Origin: Bacteroidota bacterium
Lineage (GTDB): Bacteria; Bacteroidota; Bacteroidia; JAIBAJ01
Assembly: GCA_947475205.1 (NCBI GenBank)
Contig: CANJNG010000001.1
Coordinates: forward strand, 679 to 64,678
Reading direction: 5' to 3'
DNA length: 64,000 nt
Below, one piece after another: positions 30,525 to 40,001 of the stretch (positions within the stretch are counted from its first letter, which is position 1; each line of letters begins with the position of its first letter). Under the pieces are notes generated by a model that was given only the letters and a program-made list of their open reading frames with translations, searched no databases and was not told the DNA's origin. Both the position numbers and the translations under genes were made by a program.

Positions 30525-30710
30525 ATTTTTCGAAGTATTTCGGTAAAACGCTATTTGTTAAATCTCTCTATTTGAATATGCAAAAGTGCGTATTTCTATC
30601 GATAGAAATTTGCCAAAGATTGCAAGTTTTCAGATACTTGATTTCACTGTAATAAAATATTCTAAACCGTTAATTGTTGAATACCTAAGCAGGGAATTTA
30701 GGGACAGACT

Positions 30711-30754
30711 AAAAACAAAAAAGGCCGACAAAATGTCGACCTTTTTTGTTTTGT
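30711..30754 (-). terminator. rho-independent terminator downstream of Cys-rich lipoprotein gene 2
   Basis: Minus-strand RNA AAGGUCGACAUUUUGUCGGCCUU followed by UUUUGUUUUU. Confidence 0.6.
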
Positions 30755-30766
30755 TAGAATGGAAAA

Positions 30767-30964
30767 TTAGTCTGAGACCCAAGTTCCACCACCCAAACTA
30801 CAAAGAGTTTTAGACAAATCGTAAGCCTCTTGACTATCTTTGTCGCACAGTTTTGGAATAGTAGTGGCTCCGCTACTATTTTCGCAGTGGCCACATTTTT
30901 TACAAGAAGAAAAAGTGCTAACACATAGTGTGGCTATTGATAAAAATAGCAATGCTTTTTTCAT
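30767..30964 (-). CDS. small Cys-rich lipoprotein (CKKCGHC...GGGTWVSD), paralog 2
   Basis: 65 aa. Signal peptide with a lipobox (FSSC), then 4 further Cys, and a C-terminal motif shared with the neighbouring paralog. Confidence 0.6.
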   Translation of the reverse strand: MKKALLFLSIATLCVSTFSSCKKCGHCENSSGATTIPKLCDKDSQEAYDLSKTLCSLGGGTWVSD

Positions 30965-31002
30965 TTTTTGAAATTTAGTTAAAAAGGCAATTTATAAAAA
31001 CG

Positions 31003-31034
31003 AAAAAGGCCGACAATATGCCAGCCTTTTTTGT
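31003..31034 (-). terminator. rho-independent terminator downstream of Cys-rich lipoprotein gene 1
   Basis: Minus-strand hairpin AAGGCUGGCA-UAUU-GUCGGCCUU followed by UUUCGUUUUU. Confidence 0.5.
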
Positions 31035-31048
31035 CTTAAGGATTAAGA

Positions 31049-31264
31049 TTAGTCTTTTACCCAAGTACCGCCACCTACAGAGCAAGATGTTTCGTAAGCG
31101 TTGTAATAGGCTTTTCCTAATGTTCCATTGTCGCAAACTGATGGTTCAGCTGTAGACCCTGGGTATGTACAGTGTCCACACTTTTTGCAAGAGGCTAAAG
31201 AACCGATAGCTAATAAAGCTACAGCAGCAATTGATAATACTTTTTTCATTTGTTTAAAAATCAT
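31049..31264 (-). CDS. small Cys-rich lipoprotein (CKKCGHC...GGGTWVKD), paralog 1
   Basis: 71-aa ORF whose likely start is the internal MKKVLSIAAVALLAIGSLASC. It has a lipobox (LASC) and the same Cys spacing as paralog 2. Confidence 0.6.
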   Translation of the reverse strand: MIFKQMKKVLSIAAVALLAIGSLASCKKCGHCTYPGSTAEPSVCDNGTLGKAYYNAYETSCSVGGGTWVKD

Positions 31265-31329
31265 TATATAGGATTAAATTACCATTTAAAGCATCATTTT
31301 ACCTTTCTAAACCTAAGCCTTTCCTACTT

Positions 31330-33120
31330 TTGACCTCAACTATTGATAGCCAAATGCACTATAAAATTCACTACGAAAACCCGCAAACCCGTTTCGTTTC
31401 CTTGGAATTTTCGGTTGAGAAGGAGTATTTCAACGAATCGGGAATACTGCTTTTTCAGTTGCCCGATTGGAGGCCGGGCCGATATGAGTTAGGTAATTTT
31501 GCTAAGAATATTCAGCGTTGGCAAGCGTTTAACGAAAAGGGAGAGACTCTTTCTTTTGAAAAAACGGGTAAAGCAACATGGGAGGTCAAAACAAAGGACG
31601 CCGAAGCCGTAACAATAAAATACAAATATTATGCAGCTTTACTTGATGCAGGAAACTGTTGGATAGACGAAAGGCAATTGTATGTAAATCCGGTTCACTG
31701 CTGCTTATTCATTCCCGGCTTAGAAAACGTGCCTTGTTCCCTCGAATTGGAATTGCCCCATCATTTTAAGGTAGCCACCTCATTGTCGCGGGTTTTCCCG
31801 AATAACGCGAAGCAAAGCAATCGTACTGCAAAAGGTGAATTGTTCTTTGCTGCTGATTTTCACGAACTGGTAGATAGTCCGTTTATAGCTTCGTCTTCAT
31901 TGAAGCACAACCACTATGAAGTGGGAGGAACGAAATTTCACCTGTGGTTTCAAGGAGAATGCAAACCGGAATGGGAGCGGATTATCCCCGATTTTGATGC
32001 CTTCACTAGAAAGCAGATGGAGGTGATGGGTGGATTCCCGGTGGAGGAATATCATTTTTTATTTCAGATTGTAACTAATCATTTTTATCATGGTGTGGAA
32101 CATTTGAAATCTACAGTTATTGTTCTTGGGCCAAGTTATGATTTGATGAAACCAGTATTGTACCCCGAACTATTGGGCATTAGCAGCCATGAGTTGTATC
32201 ATAGCTGGAATATAAAAGCAATTCGTCCGGCGGAAATGCAACCGTATAACTATAGCAAAGAAAATTTCAGCAAAATGGGCTATGTGGCCGAAGGAATCAC
32301 CACCTACTACGGTGATTTATTCCTTCGACGCAGTGGCGCTTTCAGCACTTATGAAATGATGAAAGAGCTTACCCGTCACCTGCAAAAGCATCTGGATAAT
32401 TACGGAAGATTCAATTTGTCGGTAGCTGCTTCGAGCTGGGATACTTGGCTTGATGGTTATGTGGAGGGTATTCCGCACCGCAAAGTTTCTATTTATACCG
32501 AAGGGGCATTGTGTGCTTTTATGTTGGATATTTTGATTCGGAAGCAAACCAAGAACACACGAAGTATTGATGATGTGATGCGTGAAATGTATAACCGATT
32601 CGGGAAAACAGGTATTGGTTATACTGAAAACGACTATCAAGATGTATTGGAAAGTATTTCCGGCATTGATTTAACTTGGTTTTTTGAGAAATATTACAAC
32701 GGCGTTACCGATTACGAACCGCTTTTGGCCGAATGCTTAGAATACATTGGTTACAAAATCATCAAAATACGATCAAGAATGTATTTTGAAAACAGGTTTG
32801 GATTTAAGGTGAAGGCGGATGCAAATGGTAGTGTGCGGATTACAACTGTTGCTCCAGGTTCATTGTCAGAGGCCGCCGGACTATCGAAAGACGATTTAAT
32901 AACGGGTATCAATGGGATAAAACTGGAACATAACCTCAAAGAATGGACGAAGTATTTTCAAGAAGAGGCAATTGAGCTGGATATTTATTCTCAAAACAAA
33001 TTCAGGCAGGTTATGCTTACCCCAACCGATACGGAGAGGTATTATGAATTGGTGAATTTACAGCCTATAGAAAATGTGGATGTGGAGCAGAAGAATAATT
33101 TAAGTGCTTGGACGAACTAA
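31330..33120 (+). CDS. M61-family (glycyl aminopeptidase-like) metallopeptidase with a C-terminal PDZ domain
   Basis: 596 aa with HELYHSWN (HExxH), then a PDZ-like GLSKDDLITGINGIKL segment. Confidence 0.75.
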   Translation: MTSTIDSQMHYKIHYENPQTRFVSLEFSVEKEYFNESGILLFQLPDWRPGRYELGNFAKNIQRWQAFNEKGETLSFEKTGKATWEVKTKDAEAVTIKYKYYAALLDAGNCWIDERQLYVNPVHCCLFIPGLENVPCSLELELPHHFKVATSLSRVFPNNAKQSNRTAKGELFFAADFHELVDSPFIASSSLKHNHYEVGGTKFHLWFQGECKPEWERIIPDFDAFTRKQMEVMGGFPVEEYHFLFQIVTNHFYHGVEHLKSTVIVLGPSYDLMKPVLYPELLGISSHELYHSWNIKAIRPAEMQPYNYSKENFSKMGYVAEGITTYYGDLFLRRSGAFSTYEMMKELTRHLQKHLDNYGRFNLSVAASSWDTWLDGYVEGIPHRKVSIYTEGALCAFMLDILIRKQTKNTRSIDDVMREMYNRFGKTGIGYTENDYQDVLESISGIDLTWFFEKYYNGVTDYEPLLAECLEYIGYKIIKIRSRMYFENRFGFKVKADANGSVRITTVAPGSLSEAAGLSKDDLITGINGIKLEHNLKEWTKYFQEEAIELDIYSQNKFRQVMLTPTDTERYYELVNLQPIENVDVEQKNNLSAWTN

Positions 33121-33151
33121 AAAGCCCCTAACTACTTTATAATCCATCAAT

Positions 33152-33388
33152 ATGCCAACTACCGAACAATTTATTCTCGAATATCTTAAGGAAGAAATAT
33201 TGGGTACAGATGTAGCCTGCGATACCGAAACTTCATTTGAAGGATTAGGGCTTGATTCTTATTCCACCATCCAAATGGTATTGGCTTTAGAAGAAAAAAC
33301 GGGAAAATCTTTGCTCGAAAATGGTTTGAAGCAAATTCATATTCAAAATGTAAGAACTTTGGCAGCCTTTGTTGATGGCATCGTATGA
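33152..33388 (+). CDS. acyl carrier protein-like (phosphopantetheine-binding) protein
   Basis: 78 aa with the LGLDSYS (DSxS) attachment motif. It is translationally coupled (ATGA overlap) to the next gene. Confidence 0.65.
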   Translation: MPTTEQFILEYLKEEILGTDVACDTETSFEGLGLDSYSTIQMVLALEEKTGKSLLENGLKQIHIQNVRTLAAFVDGIV

Positions 33389-34629
33389 GAAAAACTGTTT
33401 CCCTTTTCCTGTCTGCTATACTCTGTGTTGCTGGAATTGCTCATGGGCAAAGGGTTATTTCAGGCTCGATCATAAATTCCAAAACTAACGAGCCACTCTC
33501 CTTTGCGGCACTTTCATTAAAGAAAGCTAATTTAGGAACGGTGAGCAACGAGAATGGCGAATTCGACTTTTTGATTCCCGCCGATATAAAGGGCGATTCA
33601 TTAGTGGTGAGCTATATTGGATATAAGAGCAGAGTAATGAGTGTGGATGCAATTGAATCGCCTATTCAAATTAAACTTGAAGCTCAGAGTTTTGCCCTGT
33701 CGGAAGTCGTTGTAAGGCCGCTTCCTCCCACTTATTATATACGCGTTGCGATGCAGAGCATTGGTAAAAACTATCCCAACAAGCCGTTTCAAACTGAGGC
33801 ATATTACCGAGAGCGTGTGAAAGAGAACAAGGTTTATGTGGACGACATTGATGCTGTATTTAAGAGCTATTATCCGCACTATGTGGCTAAGACAAAGAAT
33901 CAGCATCAGTTAATGCTTTACCGAAAGGGCGATATTCATAAGTTTCAATTTATGAAGTATAAAATCGAAAAAGAGAAGTTGAAGGAAATGAAGCAGGCCA
34001 AGAAAGACGGAACTGAATATACCGATAAGGATATTGCCGGTTTGTTTGGTGGCCCCGAAAACACTCTTGATATTGATTTTATTCGTGATAAGGAGGCTTT
34101 TATGGACACCACAGCTTTCAATAAGTTCAATTATAGTTTTGGGAAACCTACTACTTATGATGGAAAAGAATTAATGGTGATTAACTTTGAATCGAAGCGG
34201 GTGGTGGATTATCAGCGGATGGTGGGGAAAGTGCTTTTGGAGCCGGGTTCGTTGGCAGTGGTGATGGTGGAATACAAATCAGATTTTGTGGTGCCGCTTT
34301 TACTGCGACCCGTTTTGTTTGCCTTGGGTTATTCGGTGGAGAACCCAAAACTCGAAAAGAAATACAGTTACCGTGAAATGGGTGGCCGGTGGTATCCGCA
34401 AAACATAGAATATGTGGTAGATGTTGGACTAACGAAGCGGCACTTGTTTAAATCAAACGAAGTGGCCGAATTTCATGTAGAGAACAGGTTTATGATTAAC
34501 AAAATCATTACTGATAAGCCCGCCACCATTGACGCTGCTAAACGATTCAATGGTGAAAAAAAATATGAAGAACAAATCTTCAACGATAGCGGGATAAGCT
34601 GGGGCGATGTGAATATAATAAAGAAGTAG
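33385..34629 (+). CDS. secreted protein with an N-terminal carboxypeptidase-regulatory-like (CarbopepD_reg) domain
   Basis: Signal peptide followed by GSIINSKTNEPLSFAALSL...GEFDF, a beta-sandwich motif. The rest is uncharacterised. Confidence 0.55.
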   Translation: MRKTVSLFLSAILCVAGIAHGQRVISGSIINSKTNEPLSFAALSLKKANLGTVSNENGEFDFLIPADIKGDSLVVSYIGYKSRVMSVDAIESPIQIKLEAQSFALSEVVVRPLPPTYYIRVAMQSIGKNYPNKPFQTEAYYRERVKENKVYVDDIDAVFKSYYPHYVAKTKNQHQLMLYRKGDIHKFQFMKYKIEKEKLKEMKQAKKDGTEYTDKDIAGLFGGPENTLDIDFIRDKEAFMDTTAFNKFNYSFGKPTTYDGKELMVINFESKRVVDYQRMVGKVLLEPGSLAVVMVEYKSDFVVPLLLRPVLFALGYSVENPKLEKKYSYREMGGRWYPQNIEYVVDVGLTKRHLFKSNEVAEFHVENRFMINKIITDKPATIDAAKRFNGEKKYEEQIFNDSGISWGDVNIIKK

Positions 34630-34634
34630 CTTTC

Positions 34635-35513
34635 TTATCCCAACACAAAGCTCCGCATACTTATGCTCGACACCTGAAGTTCTTCAAAAATGGTATTTAG
34701 CTTTTCTCCTTTATCCGCAGCCCCCAAAGTATATAGTAAAGGCAGATAATGGTCGTGAGTAGGGTGAGCTTTGATGGCTAAATTAGCGTTCTGTTGGAAG
34801 TTTACTAATTGCATGTAGTCGCCAGATTCGAGGTTTTTCTTTACAAAAGAGTCAAACTCTACAGTATAATCATAAGGGGCGGGATTTGGAGAGTTGAAAT
34901 TTACTTCCCTAAGATTATGCACCACATTTCCACTTCCCATAATCAATACTCCTTTTTCGCGAAGCTTTTTAAGCTGGGCGGCCAATTCAAAATGCTTGGC
35001 CGGCGGAGCAGCATAATCAATGGAAAGCTGAAAGCAGGGAACGTCTGCCTTAGGGAAAATATGTTTCAGAATGGTCCACGCTCCATGGTCGAGGCCCTGT
35101 TCGTGGTTTTCATGAATTTTGATGGAAGATACCATCGCTGCAGTCTCACGAGCCAAAACCGGATGGCCGGGTGCAGGATATTTTACCTGCGATAATGCCG
35201 GAGGGAACCCTCCAAAATCGTAAATAGTCTCTGGGTTAGGATTTACTGATATTTTGGTGTTGTGCATCGTAATCCAATGTGCTGACACCATTAAAATGGC
35301 TTGTGGCTTTTCTATGCTCTCGCCCCATTTGCGAAGCGTTTCGGTAAAGGGGTTTTGCTGAATGGCATTCATCGGGCTTCCATGCCCAATAAAAACTACG
35401 GGCAACTTGCTCGACTTAGCAAAATTTCCGGCAATAGATTCAAGGGCATTCAAACCAAAAGGTGAAGTAATACTCATAGCAGAAAGGGATTTAAGAAACT
35501 GGGAACGGGTCAT
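34635..35513 (-). CDS. 4,5-DOPA dioxygenase extradiol-like (class III extradiol dioxygenase, YgiD family)
   Basis: 292 aa with the VFIGHGSPMNA motif and conserved His residues. Confidence 0.75.
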   Translation of the reverse strand: MTRSQFLKSLSAMSITSPFGLNALESIAGNFAKSSKLPVVFIGHGSPMNAIQQNPFTETLRKWGESIEKPQAILMVSAHWITMHNTKISVNPNPETIYDFGGFPPALSQVKYPAPGHPVLARETAAMVSSIKIHENHEQGLDHGAWTILKHIFPKADVPCFQLSIDYAAPPAKHFELAAQLKKLREKGVLIMGSGNVVHNLREVNFNSPNPAPYDYTVEFDSFVKKNLESGDYMQLVNFQQNANLAIKAHPTHDHYLPLLYTLGAADKGEKLNTIFEELQVSSISMRSFVLG

Positions 35514-35588
35514 TGGGAATCAAAAGTATTCAACTTTACTCTAATATACTATAATTCCTCGATAATAGAGTGTACCTTAATTGTTGAT

Positions 35589-37247
35589 CTAGTTTTTCAC
35601 TAAAACTGCTCTATATGTTTGAGTTTGGCTAGTGGACAGCACATTATAAATGCCGGCAACAATGCCAGAGATATTTATGGTTTCTTGGCCATTCTGCGTG
35701 TCTTGTGACAGCACGGTTTGCCCTAGACTGTTAATAATACTTATGGTTCTTGATTGCGGTTTGTCGAATGTAAGGGTGATGGTTTCCTTACTAGGGTTAG
35801 GGAATAGTGCAAGCCTTGGCAAAGTAGCCTCATTTATATCTGTTAAGTTGCTAAGCTTTATCACCCAATAATCAGAACCTCCGTGATTGTTTGTTACCTC
35901 TCCGTTATTAGAAACCGTATATCCAGCAACTATATATCCTCCATCGGTGGTTTGCTGAATGGAAGTCCCAAAATCACTTTCCGTTCCGCCTAGACATTTT
36001 TGCCACTTTATAGCTCCTGCTGTATCGAGCTTCACCACCCAATAATCATAGCCGCCATGGTTGCCGCTTACATCCCCGTCGTTGGAAGAGGTAGAACCGG
36101 CAACTATATAACCTCCGTCGGTGGACTGCTGGATGAAATAGCCTGGCTCTGCTTGGGTGCCGCCGAGGCATTTTTGCCATTGAATGGTTCCGCTTGAATT
36201 GATTTTCACCACCCAAGTATCAATTTCTGGCGACTGGCTGTGATTGTCGCTTACATTCCCGTTATTGGAAGACGAGTATCCTACCAGAATATATCCCCCA
36301 TCATTGGTTTGTTGAATATAAGTACCTGTTTCTTCATGTGAGCCGCCATAGCTTTTTTGCCATTGTATTGCTCCGGAAGTATCGAGTTTTACCACCCAAT
36401 AGTCAGACCCTCCATGGTTGCCGGTTACATCCCCACTATTGGAGGAGGATGCCCCTATAGCTGCATATCCTCCATCGGTGGTTTGGATTACGGAACCTAC
36501 GAATTCACCACTATATCCACCAAGGCATTTTTGCCATTGTATTGTGCCGGCAGTATTGAGCTTCACGACCCAATAATCAGTTCCACCATGAAAGCCGCTT
36601 ACATCTCCGTCATTAGCACTTGCAATTCCTCCAACAATATATCCTCCATCGCTGGTTTGATTTATGGAATTTAAGTAATCATCGCCTGTGCTACCGAAGC
36701 TTTTTTGCCATTGTATTGCTCCTGTGGCATTGAGTTTTACTACCCAATAATCCCATCCTCCGTGATTGTTGGTCACATCGCCATCGGTGGATGAAATATA
36801 TCCGGCTACTATATATCCACCGTCGCTGGTTTGCTTAACATTACCTGCATATTCATCGTTTGTGCCGCCAAGGCATTTTTGCCACTCAATAGCACCCGTG
36901 GCGTCTTGCTTTACAACCCAGATGTCGGAATAAGAATACCAAGTGGAATCTGTATAAAGATAATTGCCATCAAAATCATAAATATCTTCATAAGTGTACC
37001 CTCCGTTAAAATGCAAGCCACTTACATCGTTGTCGGTTGACGCGGCAATTCCTACAAAAATATAACCTCCATCAGAGGTTGGTTGAATGAATCCTCCTGA
37101 ACCTTCACGATCTGTACCTCCAAGGCATGTTTGCCATTCAATATCTGGATCTTGTGCTTGGCAATGGGTTGTTGATAATTGGAAATTAATAAGGAGCAGA
37201 AAGAAGAGAGATAGTTTATTCATTTTAAACAAGGCAATTATTTGCAA
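35589..37247 (-). CDS. T9SS type A sorting-domain (Por C-terminal domain) cargo protein with about 8 tandem ~47-aa repeats
   Basis: Repeats of the form TSDGGYIVAGY...GDV(S/T)xNHGG.DYWVVKL...G.IQWQKCLGG. The C-terminus has a Por_Secre_tail-like ALFPNPSKETITL...YRAVLVKN. Confidence 0.75.
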   Translation of the reverse strand: MQIIALFKMNKLSLFFLLLINFQLSTTHCQAQDPDIEWQTCLGGTDREGSGGFIQPTSDGGYIFVGIAASTDNDVSGLHFNGGYTYEDIYDFDGNYLYTDSTWYSYSDIWVVKQDATGAIEWQKCLGGTNDEYAGNVKQTSDGGYIVAGYISSTDGDVTNNHGGWDYWVVKLNATGAIQWQKSFGSTGDDYLNSINQTSDGGYIVGGIASANDGDVSGFHGGTDYWVVKLNTAGTIQWQKCLGGYSGEFVGSVIQTTDGGYAAIGASSSNSGDVTGNHGGSDYWVVKLDTSGAIQWQKSYGGSHEETGTYIQQTNDGGYILVGYSSSNNGNVSDNHSQSPEIDTWVVKINSSGTIQWQKCLGGTQAEPGYFIQQSTDGGYIVAGSTSSNDGDVSGNHGGYDYWVVKLDTAGAIKWQKCLGGTESDFGTSIQQTTDGGYIVAGYTVSNNGEVTNNHGGSDYWVIKLSNLTDINEATLPRLALFPNPSKETITLTFDKPQSRTISIINSLGQTVLSQDTQNGQETINISGIVAGIYNVLSTSQTQTYRAVLVKN

Positions 37248-37418
37248 AGTTACACCCTTTACACGCGAATAAACATGTTTTTCGTTGATAACATTGACGG
37301 TTCTAAGGGCAAGGTTATCTTAATCTATGTATAAATTTAGTCTGTATTCTTTAAAAACACGGATTTCATTTCCTTGCATATTTTTATGACCCATCCCCCT
37401 TACTTTTGCCCTTATACA

Positions 37419-39146
37419 ATGACACCAGAAATTACCAAAAAAGCTCAACAGTGGCTCAGTTCAGATTATGATGAAGCCACCCGCAATGCAGTAAAGCACC
37501 TTCTTGATTCCGACCCAAAGGAACTTACCGACTCCTTCTACACCCAGTTAGAATTTGGCACCGGCGGCCTGCGGGGGCTGATGGGAGTGGGCACAAACAG
37601 GATGAACAACTACACCGTGATGATGGCTACTCAGGGATTGGCCACTTATATCAATCAGCAATTTCCAAACGGGAAAAGCAAGGTGGCTATTGCTTATGAT
37701 AGCCGCAATAACAGTCCGCTATTTGCACGAAAAGCCGCTGAAGTATTAGCTGCAAACGGGATTGAAGCCCACGTTTTCGCTGAACTTAGGCCTACGCCTT
37801 TGCTTTCATTTGCTGTGCGTCAATTGGGCTGTCAGGCAGGAATAGTGGTTACGGCATCGCACAATCCCAAGGAATATAATGGCTACAAAGTGTATTGGGA
37901 CGATGGCGGGCAAATACTCCCTCCCCACGATAAAAATATTATTTGGGAAGTGGAGAAGATTAAAGGCATTGCCGATGTGAAGAAAAATTTTGATTCCTCC
38001 CTGATTAAAACTATTGGACCCGAGGTGGAGGAATTGTATCTTCAAAAAGTAAAAGCCCTTTCGTTGGCTGCCGATGCCGTGAAACGCCAAGAGAATCTCA
38101 AAACAGTTTACACCCCCATTCACGGAACGGGCATAACGCTTTTGCCTAAATGCCTCGAGAATTTTGGTTTCAAAAATGTTACCATTATTCGGGAACAGGC
38201 CACACCAGATGGCAACTTCCCGACCGTTGTGTCGCCAAACCCCGAAGAAAAAGCTGCAATGGATATGGCCATGAAAAAAGCAGATGAAATTGATGCCGAT
38301 TTGGTGCTGGCCACCGACCCCGACAGCGACAGGGTGGGTATTGCCATTCGCAACGATAAAGGCGAACTTGTCTTGCTCAACGGCAACCAAACGGCTATTC
38401 TATTGATTAATTTTCTTATCCAAAAGAACAAAGAAAACGGCACGCTGAAACCCAACCATTATGTGGGGAAGACCATTGTTACCACCTATATGCTGGACCA
38501 CATGGCTACCCAAAACGGCTTGAAGGTTTACAATACGCTGACCGGGTTTAAGTATATCGCTGAACTTATCCGCAACCTCGAAGGGCAGGAAGTATTCCTC
38601 GGTGGCGGCGAAGAAAGTTATGGCTACCTGGCCGGAGAGTTTGTTCGCGATAAAGATGCCATCCTTTCCGCAACCCTCATTGCCGAAATGTGTGCATGGG
38701 CTGCCGATAAAGGGCTATCGCTTTATTCGATGCTGAAAGGTTTGTATGTGGACTATGGTTTTTATAAAGAAAGCCTGATTTCCGTTACCAAAAAAGGGAT
38801 GGACGGTTTGGCTGAAATAACCGCCCTGATGGATAAATTTAGAAACACACCACCGCAAAGCCTTAACGAAACAGCAGTATTGCGGATTAAAGACTATAAA
38901 ACCCAGAAGATACAGGACACTGCAGGCACTATACTTGGTCATACCCAAATGCCCAAAAGCAACGTACTTCAATACGAACTGGCCGATGGTTCTCTGGTTA
39001 CTATCCGCCCCAGCGGCACCGAACCTAAGATAAAATATTACTTTTCGGTGAATGTAGATTTGAAGAGTTTGGGAGAATATGAAGCGGTGAATGCAGTCTT
39101 AGAAGCCCGGTTGCGGAAATTGGAAGAGGAAATGAAGGGGTTTTGA
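37419..39146 (+). CDS. phospho-sugar mutase (phosphoglucomutase/phosphomannomutase family)
   Basis: Active-site TASHNPKEYNGYK plus the metal-binding DPDSDR. The start was chosen at MTPEITKK, 15 codons downstream of the listed Met. Confidence 0.85.
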   Translation: MTPEITKKAQQWLSSDYDEATRNAVKHLLDSDPKELTDSFYTQLEFGTGGLRGLMGVGTNRMNNYTVMMATQGLATYINQQFPNGKSKVAIAYDSRNNSPLFARKAAEVLAANGIEAHVFAELRPTPLLSFAVRQLGCQAGIVVTASHNPKEYNGYKVYWDDGGQILPPHDKNIIWEVEKIKGIADVKKNFDSSLIKTIGPEVEELYLQKVKALSLAADAVKRQENLKTVYTPIHGTGITLLPKCLENFGFKNVTIIREQATPDGNFPTVVSPNPEEKAAMDMAMKKADEIDADLVLATDPDSDRVGIAIRNDKGELVLLNGNQTAILLINFLIQKNKENGTLKPNHYVGKTIVTTYMLDHMATQNGLKVYNTLTGFKYIAELIRNLEGQEVFLGGGEESYGYLAGEFVRDKDAILSATLIAEMCAWAADKGLSLYSMLKGLYVDYGFYKESLISVTKKGMDGLAEITALMDKFRNTPPQSLNETAVLRIKDYKTQKIQDTAGTILGHTQMPKSNVLQYELADGSLVTIRPSGTEPKIKYYFSVNVDLKSLGEYEAVNAVLEARLRKLEEEMKGF

Positions 39147-39176
39147 TTAGGCTAAATTAAATTCCCTATTAAACAC

Positions 39177-39968
39177 TTGCTAATGCTTAAACACATCACC
39201 CAAATACTTCTTGCCTGGCTTGTGTTCGTATTGCTGAATTCCTTTTCAAAAATTCACTCTCCCCGCAGTTTCTCCAATCCGGTAGGAGACAGCGATGAAG
39301 TATTTGTGGTGAAAGAATTTCAGGATTTTCCCGACAGCGGTTGCGTATTTAAAGGCAATTTGAAGATTGGAGAAACTACCAAACCTGAAGAATGTGGTTA
39401 TAAAAATACAATTGAAAAGGCTAAGAAAAAGGCTCGCAAAGCCGGTGGAAACATTGTAAGAATAACCAGCCTTAAAGAGCCGAATGATGGAAATGCCTGC
39501 TTTCGATTAAAAGCCGATATCTATTATAGTGAAGACCCAAAGGCAGTAATAGCAAAAATGGTTTCGGTGCAGGATTCCATCACTAAATCTAAATTTCCTG
39601 AAAATCCTCAATATGCATTGTTGTATTTGTATAACAAGAATGCAGCCTTTGGAGACTCGTTTATGGACCTAGATATATATGATGAAAATACAAAAATAGC
39701 AACGGTAAGAAACAGTTCGAAATATGCAATAAAGCTATATGAAGAAGGCGAAAGGAAGATTTGGTTCAACTCTGAAAAATCTGATTCCGTTAAGATTGAT
39801 GTAAAATTCGGACAGGAATATTTTATGGAATTTGGTTTAAGTTCAAGGGTCGGCACCGGTTTAATGTATGGCACTGTTGGAACTACTTTAATGCAATCTT
39901 CAATACTAAGATTTAGATATAAAGAAAGAGGAAGGAAGGAGTTCCAAAATTTAGAATCAAAAGAGTAA
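39177..39968 (+). CDS. hypothetical secreted protein
   Basis: 263-aa ORF with an N-terminal hydrophobic signal. No family was recognised. Confidence 0.5.
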   Translation: MLMLKHITQILLAWLVFVLLNSFSKIHSPRSFSNPVGDSDEVFVVKEFQDFPDSGCVFKGNLKIGETTKPEECGYKNTIEKAKKKARKAGGNIVRITSLKEPNDGNACFRLKADIYYSEDPKAVIAKMVSVQDSITKSKFPENPQYALLYLYNKNAAFGDSFMDLDIYDENTKIATVRNSSKYAIKLYEEGERKIWFNSEKSDSVKIDVKFGQEYFMEFGLSSRVGTGLMYGTVGTTLMQSSILRFRYKERGRKEFQNLESKE

Positions 39969-40001
39969 CAACCTTCATAGCCTTTCAACAGCACCTTCAA
40001 T

